Below, in pieces: positions 9,890 through 19,319 of a stretch of DNA of 64,000 nt. The notes beneath the pieces are model-generated. The model was not told the origin of the DNA, did no database searches, and saw nothing but the letters and a program-made list of their open reading frames with translations. The stretch's first letter is position 1. The number at the start of each line of letters is the position of its first letter. A program made the position numbers and the translations under genes. Source of the stretch: Spirochaetia bacterium (GTDB lineage Bacteria > Spirochaetota > Spirochaetia > Treponematales > Rectinemataceae); NCBI GenBank assembly GCA_029975555.1, contig JARKOY010000146.1, forward strand, positions 13,727 through 77,726. The letters are read 5' to 3'.

Positions 9890-11638
9890 ATGAACGAATT
9901 CAAAAAACTTCTGCACTTTGCGAAGCCTTACTGGAAGCTTGCGGTCTTTTCATTGGTGATGCTCCTCGCGATGGTGGTATTTGACCTCGCGGTGCCGAGA
10001 CTCGTAGGGCACCTCATCGATGCGGGCATTCACCAGAAGGATTTGGCCGTCGTCGTGTCCACCTCGGCCATCATGCTGGGCATATCGCTGCTCTCCGCCC
10101 TCGTCGCCGTGCTGAACAGCGTCTCCTCAATTAGGGTAGGAGAGAGCATCGCGAGGGACCTGCGCGAGGCGATTTTTGTCAAAATACAAAACTTTTCGTA
10201 TGGGAACATCGACAGATTCTCGACCGCCAAGCTCATGGTGCGCCTCACAAGCGACACGGCGGCGGTACAGCGCCTCTTTCAGATGTCGCTGCGCATCGGC
10301 ACGAGGGCGCCGCTCTCGATGATAGGGAGCATCGTGCTCATGTTCGTGACGAGCAAAACCTTGGCGCTTTCCATGATGCCTCTTTTCCTCGTCGGCGGTA
10401 TCGTAATTGTCCTGTTCAGCACAAAGCTTGAGCCTTTTTTTAAGGCGGTCCAACAGCGCCTGGACCGCCTGAACACCGTCTTGCAGGAAAATATCGCAGG
10501 GGCGCGCCTCGTCAAGGCCTTCGTGCGGGGACGCCACGAGGCCGAACGCTTCGAAAAAGCCAACGAGAATCTCGCCCAGGAGAACATTAGGGTCATGCAG
10601 CTCATGGCTTTTATGGGCCCCATTCTCACGCTCCTCATCAATATCGGCATTGTGCTCATCGTATGGATAGGGGGCCTCCACTCAATTCACGGCGACCTCA
10701 GCCTTGGACAGATCGTCGCCTTCACGAACTACCTGATGGCCACACTGCAGCCCCTCACCATGATGACCCAGCTGTCCAATAACTGGGCCAACGGGCTTGC
10801 ATCCGCAAAGCGCATCAACGAGGTGCTCGACGCAAAGCCCGACGTGGTCGAACCTCTCGATGCAGCTTCGCTGCCATCTCGCATGCGGGGAGAGGTCGAA
10901 TTCGATCGTGTCGGCTTTCATTACAACGGCGAGGTGGACAGGGCAGTGCTCGAGGATATCTGTACCAGGATCGAACCCGGCAAAACAACGGCGGTGCTCG
11001 GTGCGACGGGCTCTGGAAAGTCGAGTCTCGTCAATCTCATCCCCCGATTCTACGATGTGAGCGCAGGCGGCGTGCGCATCGATTCCCGCGACGTGCGCGC
11101 CCTGAAGGGTTCTTCGATTTTGGAGCACGTTTCGGTGGTGCCACAGGACACGGTGCTCTTCTCCGGCACCGTCCGCGACAACATCCGCTACGGCAGACCC
11201 GAGGCGACCGAAGAAGAAGTCGTCGCCGCCGCGACCGCGGCCCAGGCCCACGAGTTTATCATGCACATGCCGAGGCAGTACGACACGCACGTCGAGGAAC
11301 GAGGTTCCAACCTGTCGGGCGGGCAGAAGCAGCGCATCGCCATTGCGCGCGCCATCGTCTGCAAACCCTCGATCCTCATTCTCGACGACGCGACCAGCGC
11401 CGTCGATGTGGAAACGGAGACGAATATCCATGCCGGAATTGCGAACGCGCTCCGCGGCGCCACGATCGTCATGGTGGCACAGCGCATCAGCACGGTCCTG
11501 AACGCGGACAAGATCATCGTCCTCGACAAGGGGCGAATCGCGGCGGAGGGTACGCACAGGGAGCTTCTGAAGAAGAGCCAGATTTACAAGGAAATCTACG
11601 ATTCTCAGCTGGGAGCGGAGGTGCGCCATGGCCTATGA
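9890..11638 (+). CDS. ABC exporter, fused permease/ATPase (heterodimer subunit 1)
   Basis: Six TM segments plus an NBD: Walker A GATGSGKSS, signature LSGGQKQR, Walker B ILILDDATSAVD. Start MNEFKK at 9890 has the SD gcaggag. Confidence 0.92.
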   Translation: MNEFKKLLHFAKPYWKLAVFSLVMLLAMVVFDLAVPRLVGHLIDAGIHQKDLAVVVSTSAIMLGISLLSALVAVLNSVSSIRVGESIARDLREAIFVKIQNFSYGNIDRFSTAKLMVRLTSDTAAVQRLFQMSLRIGTRAPLSMIGSIVLMFVTSKTLALSMMPLFLVGGIVIVLFSTKLEPFFKAVQQRLDRLNTVLQENIAGARLVKAFVRGRHEAERFEKANENLAQENIRVMQLMAFMGPILTLLINIGIVLIVWIGGLHSIHGDLSLGQIVAFTNYLMATLQPLTMMTQLSNNWANGLASAKRINEVLDAKPDVVEPLDAASLPSRMRGEVEFDRVGFHYNGEVDRAVLEDICTRIEPGKTTAVLGATGSGKSSLVNLIPRFYDVSAGGVRIDSRDVRALKGSSILEHVSVVPQDTVLFSGTVRDNIRYGRPEATEEEVVAAATAAQAHEFIMHMPRQYDTHVEERGSNLSGGQKQRIAIARAIVCKPSILILDDATSAVDVETETNIHAGIANALRGATIVMVAQRISTVLNADKIIVLDKGRIAAEGTHRELLKKSQIYKEIYDSQLGAEVRHGL

Positions 11639-13514
11639 GACCACGCCTTCGATCCAGGACGTCCGCACCAGTTTCCAGAGACGGGCCGTGCGGCCTGCAC
11701 GCTTCGAGAAGGCCTCTGACCCCCGCAGGGCGATGAGGCGGCTCTTCGGCTACCTCGCACCATTCAAGGGTGCCCTCACGGTGATCGTGTGCCTCGTGCT
11801 GCTCCAGTCGCTGCTCGGCTTGGTCGGCCCCTACCTGCTGGGCAGGGCGATCGACCGCAGCATCGCGGAAAAGGACATCCGAAGTCTCCTGGGCACCGCG
11901 GCGCTGATGCTCATCGCCTATGTTTTGAGCAACGGCTTCAACGTCATCGCAAACTGGCGGATGGCGCGCATTTCGCAGGAAGCGCTGAAAAACTTGCGCC
12001 GCGATCTATTCGCGCACATCCAGTCGCTCCCCATGCGCTTCTTCGATACGAACCCGGCCGGCGGCCTCATGAGCAGGCTCACGAACGACATCGATGCCAT
12101 TAACCAAACCGTATCGCAGAACGTCATTTCGCTCATTGCGAGCGTCGTCACCATGGTCGGCATTCTGGTGAGCATGGTGGTGCTCAACCACTGGCTGGCG
12201 CTCGCCTGCCTCATCGTCATTCCGGTCATGTACTGGTTTACTAATTTTGTCGCGAAGTACACGCGCAAGGGCTTTCGGGAGCTGCAGAAAGACCTCGGGG
12301 AGCTCAATGCGGTGGCGGAAGAGACCATTTCGGGCTTCAAGGTGATCAAGGCTTTCCGGCGCAACGACTCGGCGGTCGAGAGCTTCAGGCAAAAAAACGA
12401 GGCGGTATTCAAGTCGGCCGTCTACGCCAATTCCTACGCGATGCTCCTCATGCCGCTGACCGGAGTGCTGGGGAGCTTTTTCGTCATCGTGCTCGCGAGC
12501 CTCGGCGGGTGGCTCGCGCTCAAGGGGCTCGTGAGCGTCGGCATGATCGCGACCTTCATCAACTACGCGCAGAACTTCACCTCGCCGCTGCGGCAGATAT
12601 CCAACCTCTACAATTCGATCCAGGCGGCGCTCGCGGGCGCGGAGCGCGTCTTCGAGATCATCGACATGGAGCCTGAGACTTCGGTGTTGCTCGGATCCAA
12701 GGCCGAACGACAGGCCGACGGGGCGGCCGTGGGCGCAGATGCCGGCGCAGGTGCGCCATTCAGCCTCGAGCGCTTCCGTGGCACAGTGACCCTGCGCAAC
12801 GTCGTCTTCGGCTATACGCCGGACAGAATCATCATCAAGAACTTCAGCGTGGACATCGATGCAGGCAAGACCATTGCCCTCGTGGGCCCCACGGGCGCCG
12901 GCAAGACGACCATCGCCAACCTGCTCACCCGCTTTTACGATATCCAGGGCGGGCAGATACTGTTCGATGGTATTGACATCCGGCAAATTCCGAAAGAGAC
13001 TGTCCGCCGCGCGATCGGCCTCGTGTTGCAGGACACCTTCCTCTTCGCCGATACGGTGCTCGAGAATATACGCTTTGGCCGACTCGAGGCGAGCGACGAG
13101 GATTGCATGGAAGCAGCCCGTCTCGCCGAGGCCGACCATTTCATTCGCCAGCTCCCAGAGGGCTACCACACCAACCTCTCCGAGCGCGCAGGCAACCTCA
13201 GTCAGGGTCAACGACAGCTTTTGTCCATCGCGCGCGCCATCCTCGCCGATCCCCGCATTCTCATCCTCGACGAGGCGACGAGCAGCGTGGACACGCGCAC
13301 CGAGCTTCGCATCCAGAGGGCCCTCCTGCGCCTCATGGCTGGGCGCACGAGCATCGTCATCGCGCACAGGCTGAGTACGATCCGCGACGCCGACCGCATC
13401 GTCGTCATCAGAGATGGAGCAATCGTGGAACAGGGCAACCACGAGGAGCTCCTTACGCGGCGCGGGTTCTATTACCACCTCTACATGAGCCAATTCAAAG
13501 GAAATGAAATTTAG
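11628..13514 (+). CDS. ABC exporter, fused permease/ATPase (heterodimer subunit 2)
   Basis: 628 aa. GPTGAGKTT, LSQGQRQL, ILILDEATSSVD. Overlaps the upstream gene by 11 nt. A Gly/Ala-rich linker sits between the TMD and the NBD. Confidence 0.92.
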   Translation: MAYETTPSIQDVRTSFQRRAVRPARFEKASDPRRAMRRLFGYLAPFKGALTVIVCLVLLQSLLGLVGPYLLGRAIDRSIAEKDIRSLLGTAALMLIAYVLSNGFNVIANWRMARISQEALKNLRRDLFAHIQSLPMRFFDTNPAGGLMSRLTNDIDAINQTVSQNVISLIASVVTMVGILVSMVVLNHWLALACLIVIPVMYWFTNFVAKYTRKGFRELQKDLGELNAVAEETISGFKVIKAFRRNDSAVESFRQKNEAVFKSAVYANSYAMLLMPLTGVLGSFFVIVLASLGGWLALKGLVSVGMIATFINYAQNFTSPLRQISNLYNSIQAALAGAERVFEIIDMEPETSVLLGSKAERQADGAAVGADAGAGAPFSLERFRGTVTLRNVVFGYTPDRIIIKNFSVDIDAGKTIALVGPTGAGKTTIANLLTRFYDIQGGQILFDGIDIRQIPKETVRRAIGLVLQDTFLFADTVLENIRFGRLEASDEDCMEAARLAEADHFIRQLPEGYHTNLSERAGNLSQGQRQLLSIARAILADPRILILDEATSSVDTRTELRIQRALLRLMAGRTSIVIAHRLSTIRDADRIVVIRDGAIVEQGNHEELLTRRGFYYHLYMSQFKGNEI

Positions 13515-13528
13515 GGTATAGTCAATAA

Positions 13529-13927
13529 ATGATCATGAGAGAGAGCCTGCTGATTTTCCTTGGAGGTGGGATGGGCGCGCTCGCCCGTTATGTTCTTTCG
13601 CGCCACATCTCCATGCGCTTCTTTACCTCGATCCCCCTGGGAACGCTCTTTGTGAACGCCACCGGATCCGTACTGATGGGCTTCTTCTTCAGCCTGTTGA
13701 ATGCATCGCTCCTGCCGCCAGGATATCGGGCATTGGTCACCGTGGGATTCATAGGTGCCTATACCACCTTTTCGACGTACGCGCTTGAAACGGTGTCGCT
13801 GCTGCAGAAAAGAGAATACTGGCCAGCTTTTTTGAACTTCATACTCAACAACGCAGTGAGCCTCGCCGCGATCATTGCTGGTATGTTTCTCTCGTTGTGG
13901 CTGACAGCGGCAATCCGGAACCGATAA
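13529..13927 (+). CDS. crcB: fluoride ion channel CrcB/FluC
   Basis: 132 aa, four TM segments, N-terminus LLIFLGGGMGALARY typical of CrcB. Confidence 0.9.
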   Translation: MIMRESLLIFLGGGMGALARYVLSRHISMRFFTSIPLGTLFVNATGSVLMGFFFSLLNASLLPPGYRALVTVGFIGAYTTFSTYALETVSLLQKREYWPAFLNFILNNAVSLAAIIAGMFLSLWLTAAIRNR

Positions 13928-13951
13928 ACTGGCCAGATACGAGGAGGTCGT

Positions 13952-14284
13952 ATGCACTTCGAAGAAGAGGATGTGCTTTTGAGAATTTTCCTCGGAGAGA
14001 GCGATGTGTACTGCGGTAAGCCGGTCTACGAGCAGATTATCCGCAAGGCACGCGAACTTAAACTGTCGGGCGCCACTGTCGTGCGGGGAGAAATGGGGTT
14101 CGGGGCGCACAGCCACATGCGCAGCGCAAATGTGCTCTCGCTATCCACAGATCTTCCCATTGTAGTAGAAATCGTCGATTCAGAAGCGAATATCGAAAAG
14201 CTCTTGCCCTTCCTCGACGAGGTGCTCAAAGAAGGGCTGGTGACAAAAGAATCGATTCACGTATATCGATATCAGAAGCACTGA
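13952..14284 (+). CDS. DUF190 (PII-like) protein commonly paired with crcB
   Basis: 110 aa. LLRIFLGESD...GATVVRGEMGFG...PIVVEIVD pattern. SD gaggagg upstream. Confidence 0.8.
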   Translation: MHFEEEDVLLRIFLGESDVYCGKPVYEQIIRKARELKLSGATVVRGEMGFGAHSHMRSANVLSLSTDLPIVVEIVDSEANIEKLLPFLDEVLKEGLVTKESIHVYRYQKH

Positions 14285-14290
14285 AGGACA

Positions 14291-15334
14291 TCATGCGCCA
14301 AGCGCGACACTGCGATCGAAGACTTCCGCGACGGCCTTCACCGCCGCATCGGCTGCACTCTTGTCGATCCAGTAATGCGTCACGAGGCGGCACTGTCCCG
14401 CCTCTGGCGGATTGACGAGCACGCCGCGCGCACGGAGCGCCGCAGCGAAGGCCGCCCCGTCGATCCCTTCAGGAACCGCAAAGAACACCATGTTGATGTC
14501 GAGCGCGCTCATGTCCACCCGAATGCCGGGAATCTGGGCAAGTTTATTCGCCAGATAGCGCGCGTTCGCGTGGTCCTCCGCGAGTCGACCGGTCATCTCC
14601 TTGAGCGCAATGAGCCCGGCTGCCGCGAGAATCCCAACCTGACGCATGCCGCCCCCCATGATCTTCCGCTTGCGGCGCGCTTTTTCGATGAACTCGCGCG
14701 GACCGACGAGCATCGAGCCTACGGGGGCGCACAATCCCTTCGAAAGACAGAACATCACGGAGTCGGCCTGGGCGGCAATGTCTGCCGCGCTCACCCCGAG
14801 AGCCGCCGCCGCGTTGAAGAGGCGGGCACCATCGAGGTGGACCGGAAGGCTGGAGCGCCGGGCGAGCGCAGAGACCTCCTTCATATAAGAAAGTGGTACC
14901 ACACGCCCCGAAGAATGAGCGTTTTCGAGACAAATGAGGGAGGTGGGCGGATAATGTATGTCGTTGCCCCTGATCCGCGCCTCGATTTCTCCGAGGGGCA
15001 GGATGCCGTCGGGCGCGAATATCGGCCTGGTCTGCACACCCGCAATCACGGAAGCCGCCCCTGCCTCGTGCTGCATGATGTGGCACTGCTCGCCTAGGAT
15101 GACCTCGCTGCCGCGCGGGCACCAGGTGAAGAGCGCGAGCTGATTCCCAAAGGTCCCGGAAGGGACAAAAAGCGCCGCTTCTTTGCCCGTCATTTCTGCC
15201 GCGAGCCGCTGGAGCTCGTTGACCGTGGGGTCGTCTCCGTACACGTCGTCGCCCACAGGCGCCTGTGCCATCGCTGTGCGCATGGCCTCGGTCGGCCAGG
15301 TCACCGTATCGCTCCGCAGATCGATATACTGCAT
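14291..15334 (-). CDS. ltaE: low-specificity L-threonine aldolase
   Basis: [16 protein letters not shown]-terminus and PLP-lysine context FCLSKGL. ATG at 15334 has the SD agagagg. The track GTG at 15358 lacks an SD. Confidence 0.88.
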   Translation of the reverse strand: MQYIDLRSDTVTWPTEAMRTAMAQAPVGDDVYGDDPTVNELQRLAAEMTGKEAALFVPSGTFGNQLALFTWCPRGSEVILGEQCHIMQHEAGAASVIAGVQTRPIFAPDGILPLGEIEARIRGNDIHYPPTSLICLENAHSSGRVVPLSYMKEVSALARRSSLPVHLDGARLFNAAAALGVSAADIAAQADSVMFCLSKGLCAPVGSMLVGPREFIEKARRKRKIMGGGMRQVGILAAAGLIALKEMTGRLAEDHANARYLANKLAQIPGIRVDMSALDINMVFFAVPEGIDGAAFAAALRARGVLVNPPEAGQCRLVTHYWIDKSAADAAVKAVAEVFDRSVALGA

Positions 15335-15438
15335 GGCTATGCCTCTCTTCTCTGGCACCTACGCGCCGGATTGAAAATTGAACGCCACTACATGGTGTTG
15401 CATGCCGTTCTGTCGTTCGGCTCAGAATATCAGAACAA

Positions 15439-15460
15439 GAAAAAAACGCAAAGTGCGTCC
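15439..15460 (-). terminator. short hairpin + T7 directly after arsC
   Basis: Minus strand reads GACGCA-CTT-TGCGTT followed by seven T, immediately after the arsC stop (15461-15463). The stem is short. Confidence 0.4.
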
Positions 15461-15883
15461 CTATCGATGCGATGCAACGAACGTTTTCACCGCCTCTTCG
15501 ATCTGGTCTCTCACCTGGCGCACTCTGGACATGATCTCCTCCTCTGAGCCTTTGAACGAAGAAGGATCATCGAAGGGCCAGTGATGTCGCTCCACCTGGC
15601 CAGGAAAGACCGGGCAGCGCTCCGCCGCCTCTTTGGAACACACGGTGACGACCACATCGTAAGTCCTGCCCTGCGCGCGAAGATCGAAGACGCTCTTCGT
15701 CGTATTACCCGAGATGTCGATGCCCACCTCGGCCATGGCCCGGACGGCGTAGGGGTTGAGCTTCCCTGGTTCCAGCCCGGCGCTCTCGACCAAAAACTTG
15801 TCGCCGCCGTATTTCTTCAGAAAGCCTTCCGCCATCTGGCTGCGCGCCGAATTGTGAACGCAGAGAAAAAGCACCTTTGTCAT
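15461..15883 (-). CDS. arsC: arsenate reductase, LMW-PTP (thioredoxin-coupled) type
   Basis: 140 aa. CX5R P-loop CVHNSARS at the N-terminus. SD aaggag upstream. Confidence 0.88.
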   Translation of the reverse strand: MTKVLFLCVHNSARSQMAEGFLKKYGGDKFLVESAGLEPGKLNPYAVRAMAEVGIDISGNTTKSVFDLRAQGRTYDVVVTVCSKEAAERCPVFPGQVERHHWPFDDPSSFKGSEEEIMSRVRQVRDQIEEAVKTFVASHR

Positions 15884-16081
15884 TCGTGTTGCTCCTTCGC
15901 GATCGTATTTAATAATGTGAATGATACCCCAACGACAGTCCAGAAACCATTCAATTTGTGTTAAAAATTTGCGAGAGGGAGCTTCGACGACGATTCCCGA
16001 CGTTTCTTCGCCAAGAAGAATATTGCCCTCTTTATTAAACCTTATATGTGAACGATATCCCTTGATTCATCTCATGAAAGG

Positions 16082-16114
16082 TTGTATTTTTTATTTTGAA
16101 AATCCTATATTTTC
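16082..16114 (+). promoter_or_regulatory. candidate promoter TTGTAT-18-TATATT with overlapping dyad GAAAAT-N5-ATTTTC upstream of sufC
   Basis: TTGTAT at 16082-16087, TATATT at 16106-16111, dyad at 16098-16114. Confidence 0.35.
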
Positions 16115-16161
16115 AATATGATTTTTCCGGTCTTCGTGGGCCGGGTGCGAGGCGGATCGCG

Positions 16162-16914
16162 ATGAATCTTCTCGAGATCAAAAATCTCAGCCTTTTCAAG
16201 GACAACAGGCCGATCCTCAACAATCTGTCGATGGATATCTGGGCGGGCCACGTCCACGCCGTCATTGGCCCCAACGGCGCAGGCAAGTCGACGCTCGCCA
16301 ACACGATCATGGGTCTTTCGGGCTACCGCGACTTTGAAGGCGACATTCTCCTCGAGGGCGAATCGATCGCGCCGCTCTCGGTGGACGAACGGGCGAGGCG
16401 GGGGATCACGCTCCTTTTTCAAGAACCGGCACGATTCGAGGGGCTCGGCGTCATGTCCTTCATTCTCGCAGGGGCCAAGGAAAAATCCCGCGCCGTCGCC
16501 GAGGAGGCGCTCGCTAAAGTGGGCCTTGCGCCGGAAAAGTACTTAATGCGCGCGGTCGACAAGACACTGTCCGGCGGCGAGCGCAAGCGCATCGAGCTCG
16601 CCTCGATCTACGCGATGAAGCCTCGCCTTGTGCTCATGGACGAGCCGGACTCTGGCGTCGACATCGACTCGATCAAATATATTTTCTCGATAATAAAAGA
16701 ATTGCGCAAAGCAGGCTCGACGGTCGTTTTGATAACTCACAGCCCCGAGGTGCTGCGGCGCGCGGACCACGCCTTTTTGATCTGCGCAGGCACGCTGGTC
16801 GACAAAGGCGAGATGTCGCGCATGTTCGACTACTTCAACGGCAAGTGCGTACCTTGCGCGCACGTGGGCCAGCCCGTAGAGGATGCGGTTGCGCAGACGC
16901 CCGCGAGCACATGA
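16162..16914 (+). CDS. sufC: Fe-S cluster assembly ATPase SufC-like
   Basis: Start MNLLEIKNLS. Walker A GPNGAGKST, signature LSGGERKR, Walker B LVLMDEPDSGVD. Confidence 0.9.
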   Translation: MNLLEIKNLSLFKDNRPILNNLSMDIWAGHVHAVIGPNGAGKSTLANTIMGLSGYRDFEGDILLEGESIAPLSVDERARRGITLLFQEPARFEGLGVMSFILAGAKEKSRAVAEEALAKVGLAPEKYLMRAVDKTLSGGERKRIELASIYAMKPRLVLMDEPDSGVDIDSIKYIFSIIKELRKAGSTVVLITHSPEVLRRADHAFLICAGTLVDKGEMSRMFDYFNGKCVPCAHVGQPVEDAVAQTPAST

Positions 16915-16990
16915 AAAGTCAAGCCAACGCTCGGCTGGCAAGGTCGGCCGGACTGAATGCCGCCTTTAACCTCCCAAAAAGGAAACAATA

Positions 16991-17935
16991 ATGTCGGAAC
17001 TGACACTTACAGAAAAAGAAAAGCTCCTCGCCGAACTCCTCGCCTCGATCAACCAACACAGGTTTGCGCCCGACGTCGCGCACGTCGAGATCCACGGCAA
17101 CCAGGTGCTCAACAAGAACCTCGTCGAAGGGCTCATCGTCGAGGCCGAGACCATCGAAGACGGCGTGCAGGTCCACATCCGCGTCAAACGAGGCGTCGCG
17201 CTGAAGAACCCCGTCCACTTCTGCTTCGGCCTTATCCCCGACAACGGCGTTCAGCGCATCGTCATCGACACGGTGATCGAGCAAGGGGCGCACGCAACGT
17301 TCATTGCAAACTGCACCTTTCCGAACGCGGTGAACGTCCGGCACCTCATGAATGCGACCATCGAGATCAAGGAAGGCGCCTCTCTGTCCTATTTCGAGCG
17401 CCACACGCACGGGCCAGAGGGCGGGGTCACCATCGTGCCTGTCACGAACGTGCGCGTACATGAAGATGGCCGCTTTTCCACTGAATTCGAACTCATAAAA
17501 GGTGCGGCGGGCATCATCGAGCTCGACTACGCCGCCGAGGTCGACGCCAATGCGACCGTCGACATGAAAACCCGCATCTTCGGGCGCGCTTCCGACCGCA
17601 TCCACATCAAAGAAGCCGCCCACCTCGCGGGTCCCGGCTCCACCGGCGTACTCACGAGCCACATCGCCCTCAAGAACACAGCGACGGCCACCATCGAAAA
17701 CGAGCTCGTCGCGGATGCCCCCTATGCCCGGGGCCACGTCGACTGCAAGGAAATCGTCCAAGATGAAGCGAAGGCCCGCGCGATTCCCATCGTGCAAGTG
17801 AACAACCACCTCGCCCACGTGACGCACGAGGCCGCCATCGGCTCCGTCGACTCGAAGCAGCTCGAGACGCTCTTGAGCCGCGGGCTCACGGAGGACGAGG
17901 CGACGGAGATGATCATTCAAGGGCTCTTGAGCTGA
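16991..17935 (+). CDS. short SufB/SufD-family Fe-S assembly scaffold protein (314 aa)
   Basis: C-terminal SufB/D beta-helix signature (VDCKEIV...ARAIPIVQV...HEAAIGSVDSKQLETLLSRGLTEDEATEMIIQGLL). SD aaagga upstream. Confidence 0.85.
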   Translation: MSELTLTEKEKLLAELLASINQHRFAPDVAHVEIHGNQVLNKNLVEGLIVEAETIEDGVQVHIRVKRGVALKNPVHFCFGLIPDNGVQRIVIDTVIEQGAHATFIANCTFPNAVNVRHLMNATIEIKEGASLSYFERHTHGPEGGVTIVPVTNVRVHEDGRFSTEFELIKGAAGIIELDYAAEVDANATVDMKTRIFGRASDRIHIKEAAHLAGPGSTGVLTSHIALKNTATATIENELVADAPYARGHVDCKEIVQDEAKARAIPIVQVNNHLAHVTHEAAIGSVDSKQLETLLSRGLTEDEATEMIIQGLLS

Positions 17936-18267
17936 GAGAGGCATCAGTGCGTTCCAATCGGATGCAAAGGATGAGAGGGATAGAGAACGTCTATTCCTTC
18001 AATGCCGCCGGCCTTGCCCGCGCGAGGCACCGTCGCGGAGGGGCCGCATGGGGCTGGCTCCCACGCGGCCATGTGCTCGGCTAGCCGCGCACCTCAAGGT
18101 GCCCTCTATGCGGCTGGTTGCTCGACGAGCCGCACGCTACTCTGCGCGCGCCACTCTGCCCCACGCGGCCAGATGGCGAAATGGGGATGGCTGCATTTGA
18201 TCGAGCCGAAGAAAGTGCCCGCCGACCAGGCCATCGGCAAATCCCGCCGAGGCCAGCATCATCTTCC

Positions 18268-19305
18268 CTAGACCGCCTGCTTCTTCTTTCTCTCGGCCTG
18301 AACTTCGTACGCCCGCCTGCAGGCGTGGTAGTGCTCTTCGCCGTCGAGCGTGAGCTCAGGCTCGGGCTCGTCCTTGCAGGCGTCGGCGGCATAGGGGCAG
18401 CGGGTGTGGAAGCGGCATCCCTTGGGAATATTGGCGGGGCTCGGAATTTCCCCGTAGATCGGCAGCTCTTTGATGATGTCGATCTTGCCGGTGACGGGCT
18501 CGGGCACGGCCTCGATGAGCGCCTGCGTATAGGGGTGCAGGGGGTTGTCGATGATGTCGTCGGCGCGCCCTATCTCCACGATGCGCCCGAGGTACATGAC
18601 GGCGATGCGGTCCGTGAAGTAGCGCGCCGTCGAGAGGTCATGCGTGATGTAGAGGTAGCTCAGGCCGAGTTCTTTCTGCACGTCCCGCATCATGTGAAGG
18701 ATTTCGGCGCGCGTGGAGAGGTCGATCATCGAAACCGGCTCGTCGGCGACGAGCATCATGGGGTTCAGTATCAGCGTCCGCGCGGTGGCGACGCGCTGGC
18801 GTTGCCCTCCCGACAGCATATGTGGCCAGCGGCCCATGAACTCGTCGGGGGGCGTGAGCTTGACCTCTTCGAGGGCTTTCACGATCATTTTGGTGCGCTC
18901 CTCGATGGTCGCTCTCACCTTGTGGATGATTAGCGGCTCCTCCAGCACATCCTTGATCTTGAACCGCGGATTCATCGAGGCGTAGGGGTCCTGAAAGATC
19001 ATCTGGACCTTGCGGCGATACTCCTTGAGCTTTTCCTTGCCGAGGTGCGTCACGTCCTCTCCGTTGAAGAATATCTGGCCGCTCGTGGGCTCAAGGAGCT
19101 TCATCACGAGTTTGCCGGTCGTGGTCTTGCCGGAGCCCGATTCCCCTATGAGGCCGAATATCTCTCCTCTCCGGATATCGAAGGAAATGCCGTCGATCGC
19201 CTTGATAAGCTTTTTCTGTCCGCCGCCCGCAATCGACTGCGCAAAGCTCTGGTGCGGCTCGAAGTATTTCTTTAAGTTTTTGACGCTCAATATGATATCT
19301 GTCAT
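18268..19305 (-). CDS. Opp/Dpp-type ABC transporter ATP-binding protein (OppF-like)
   Basis: Real start MTDIILSVKNLKKYF (ATG at 19305, SD aggagag). GESGSGKTT, LSGGQRQR, C-terminal CRFHTRCP domain. The upstream 105 aa of the track ORF are R/P-rich read-through. Confidence 0.92.
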   Translation of the reverse strand: MTDIILSVKNLKKYFEPHQSFAQSIAGGGQKKLIKAIDGISFDIRRGEIFGLIGESGSGKTTTGKLVMKLLEPTSGQIFFNGEDVTHLGKEKLKEYRRKVQMIFQDPYASMNPRFKIKDVLEEPLIIHKVRATIEERTKMIVKALEEVKLTPPDEFMGRWPHMLSGGQRQRVATARTLILNPMMLVADEPVSMIDLSTRAEILHMMRDVQKELGLSYLYITHDLSTARYFTDRIAVMYLGRIVEIGRADDIIDNPLHPYTQALIEAVPEPVTGKIDIIKELPIYGEIPSPANIPKGCRFHTRCPYAADACKDEPEPELTLDGEEHYHACRRAYEVQAERKKKQAV

Positions 19306-19319
19306 GGCTTCTCTCCTGT

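Noticed and set aside
13515-13528. Fluoride riboswitch expected upstream of crcB
   Set aside because: Only 14 nt separate the ABC exporter stop from the crcB start, so there is no room for the aptamer.
18002-18392. 89-aa (+) and 103-aa (-) ORFs, and a 40-aa ORF directly after oppF, in the GC-rich gap
   Set aside because: Ala/Arg/Gly/Pro-rich, with no good SD spacing and no recognisable domain.
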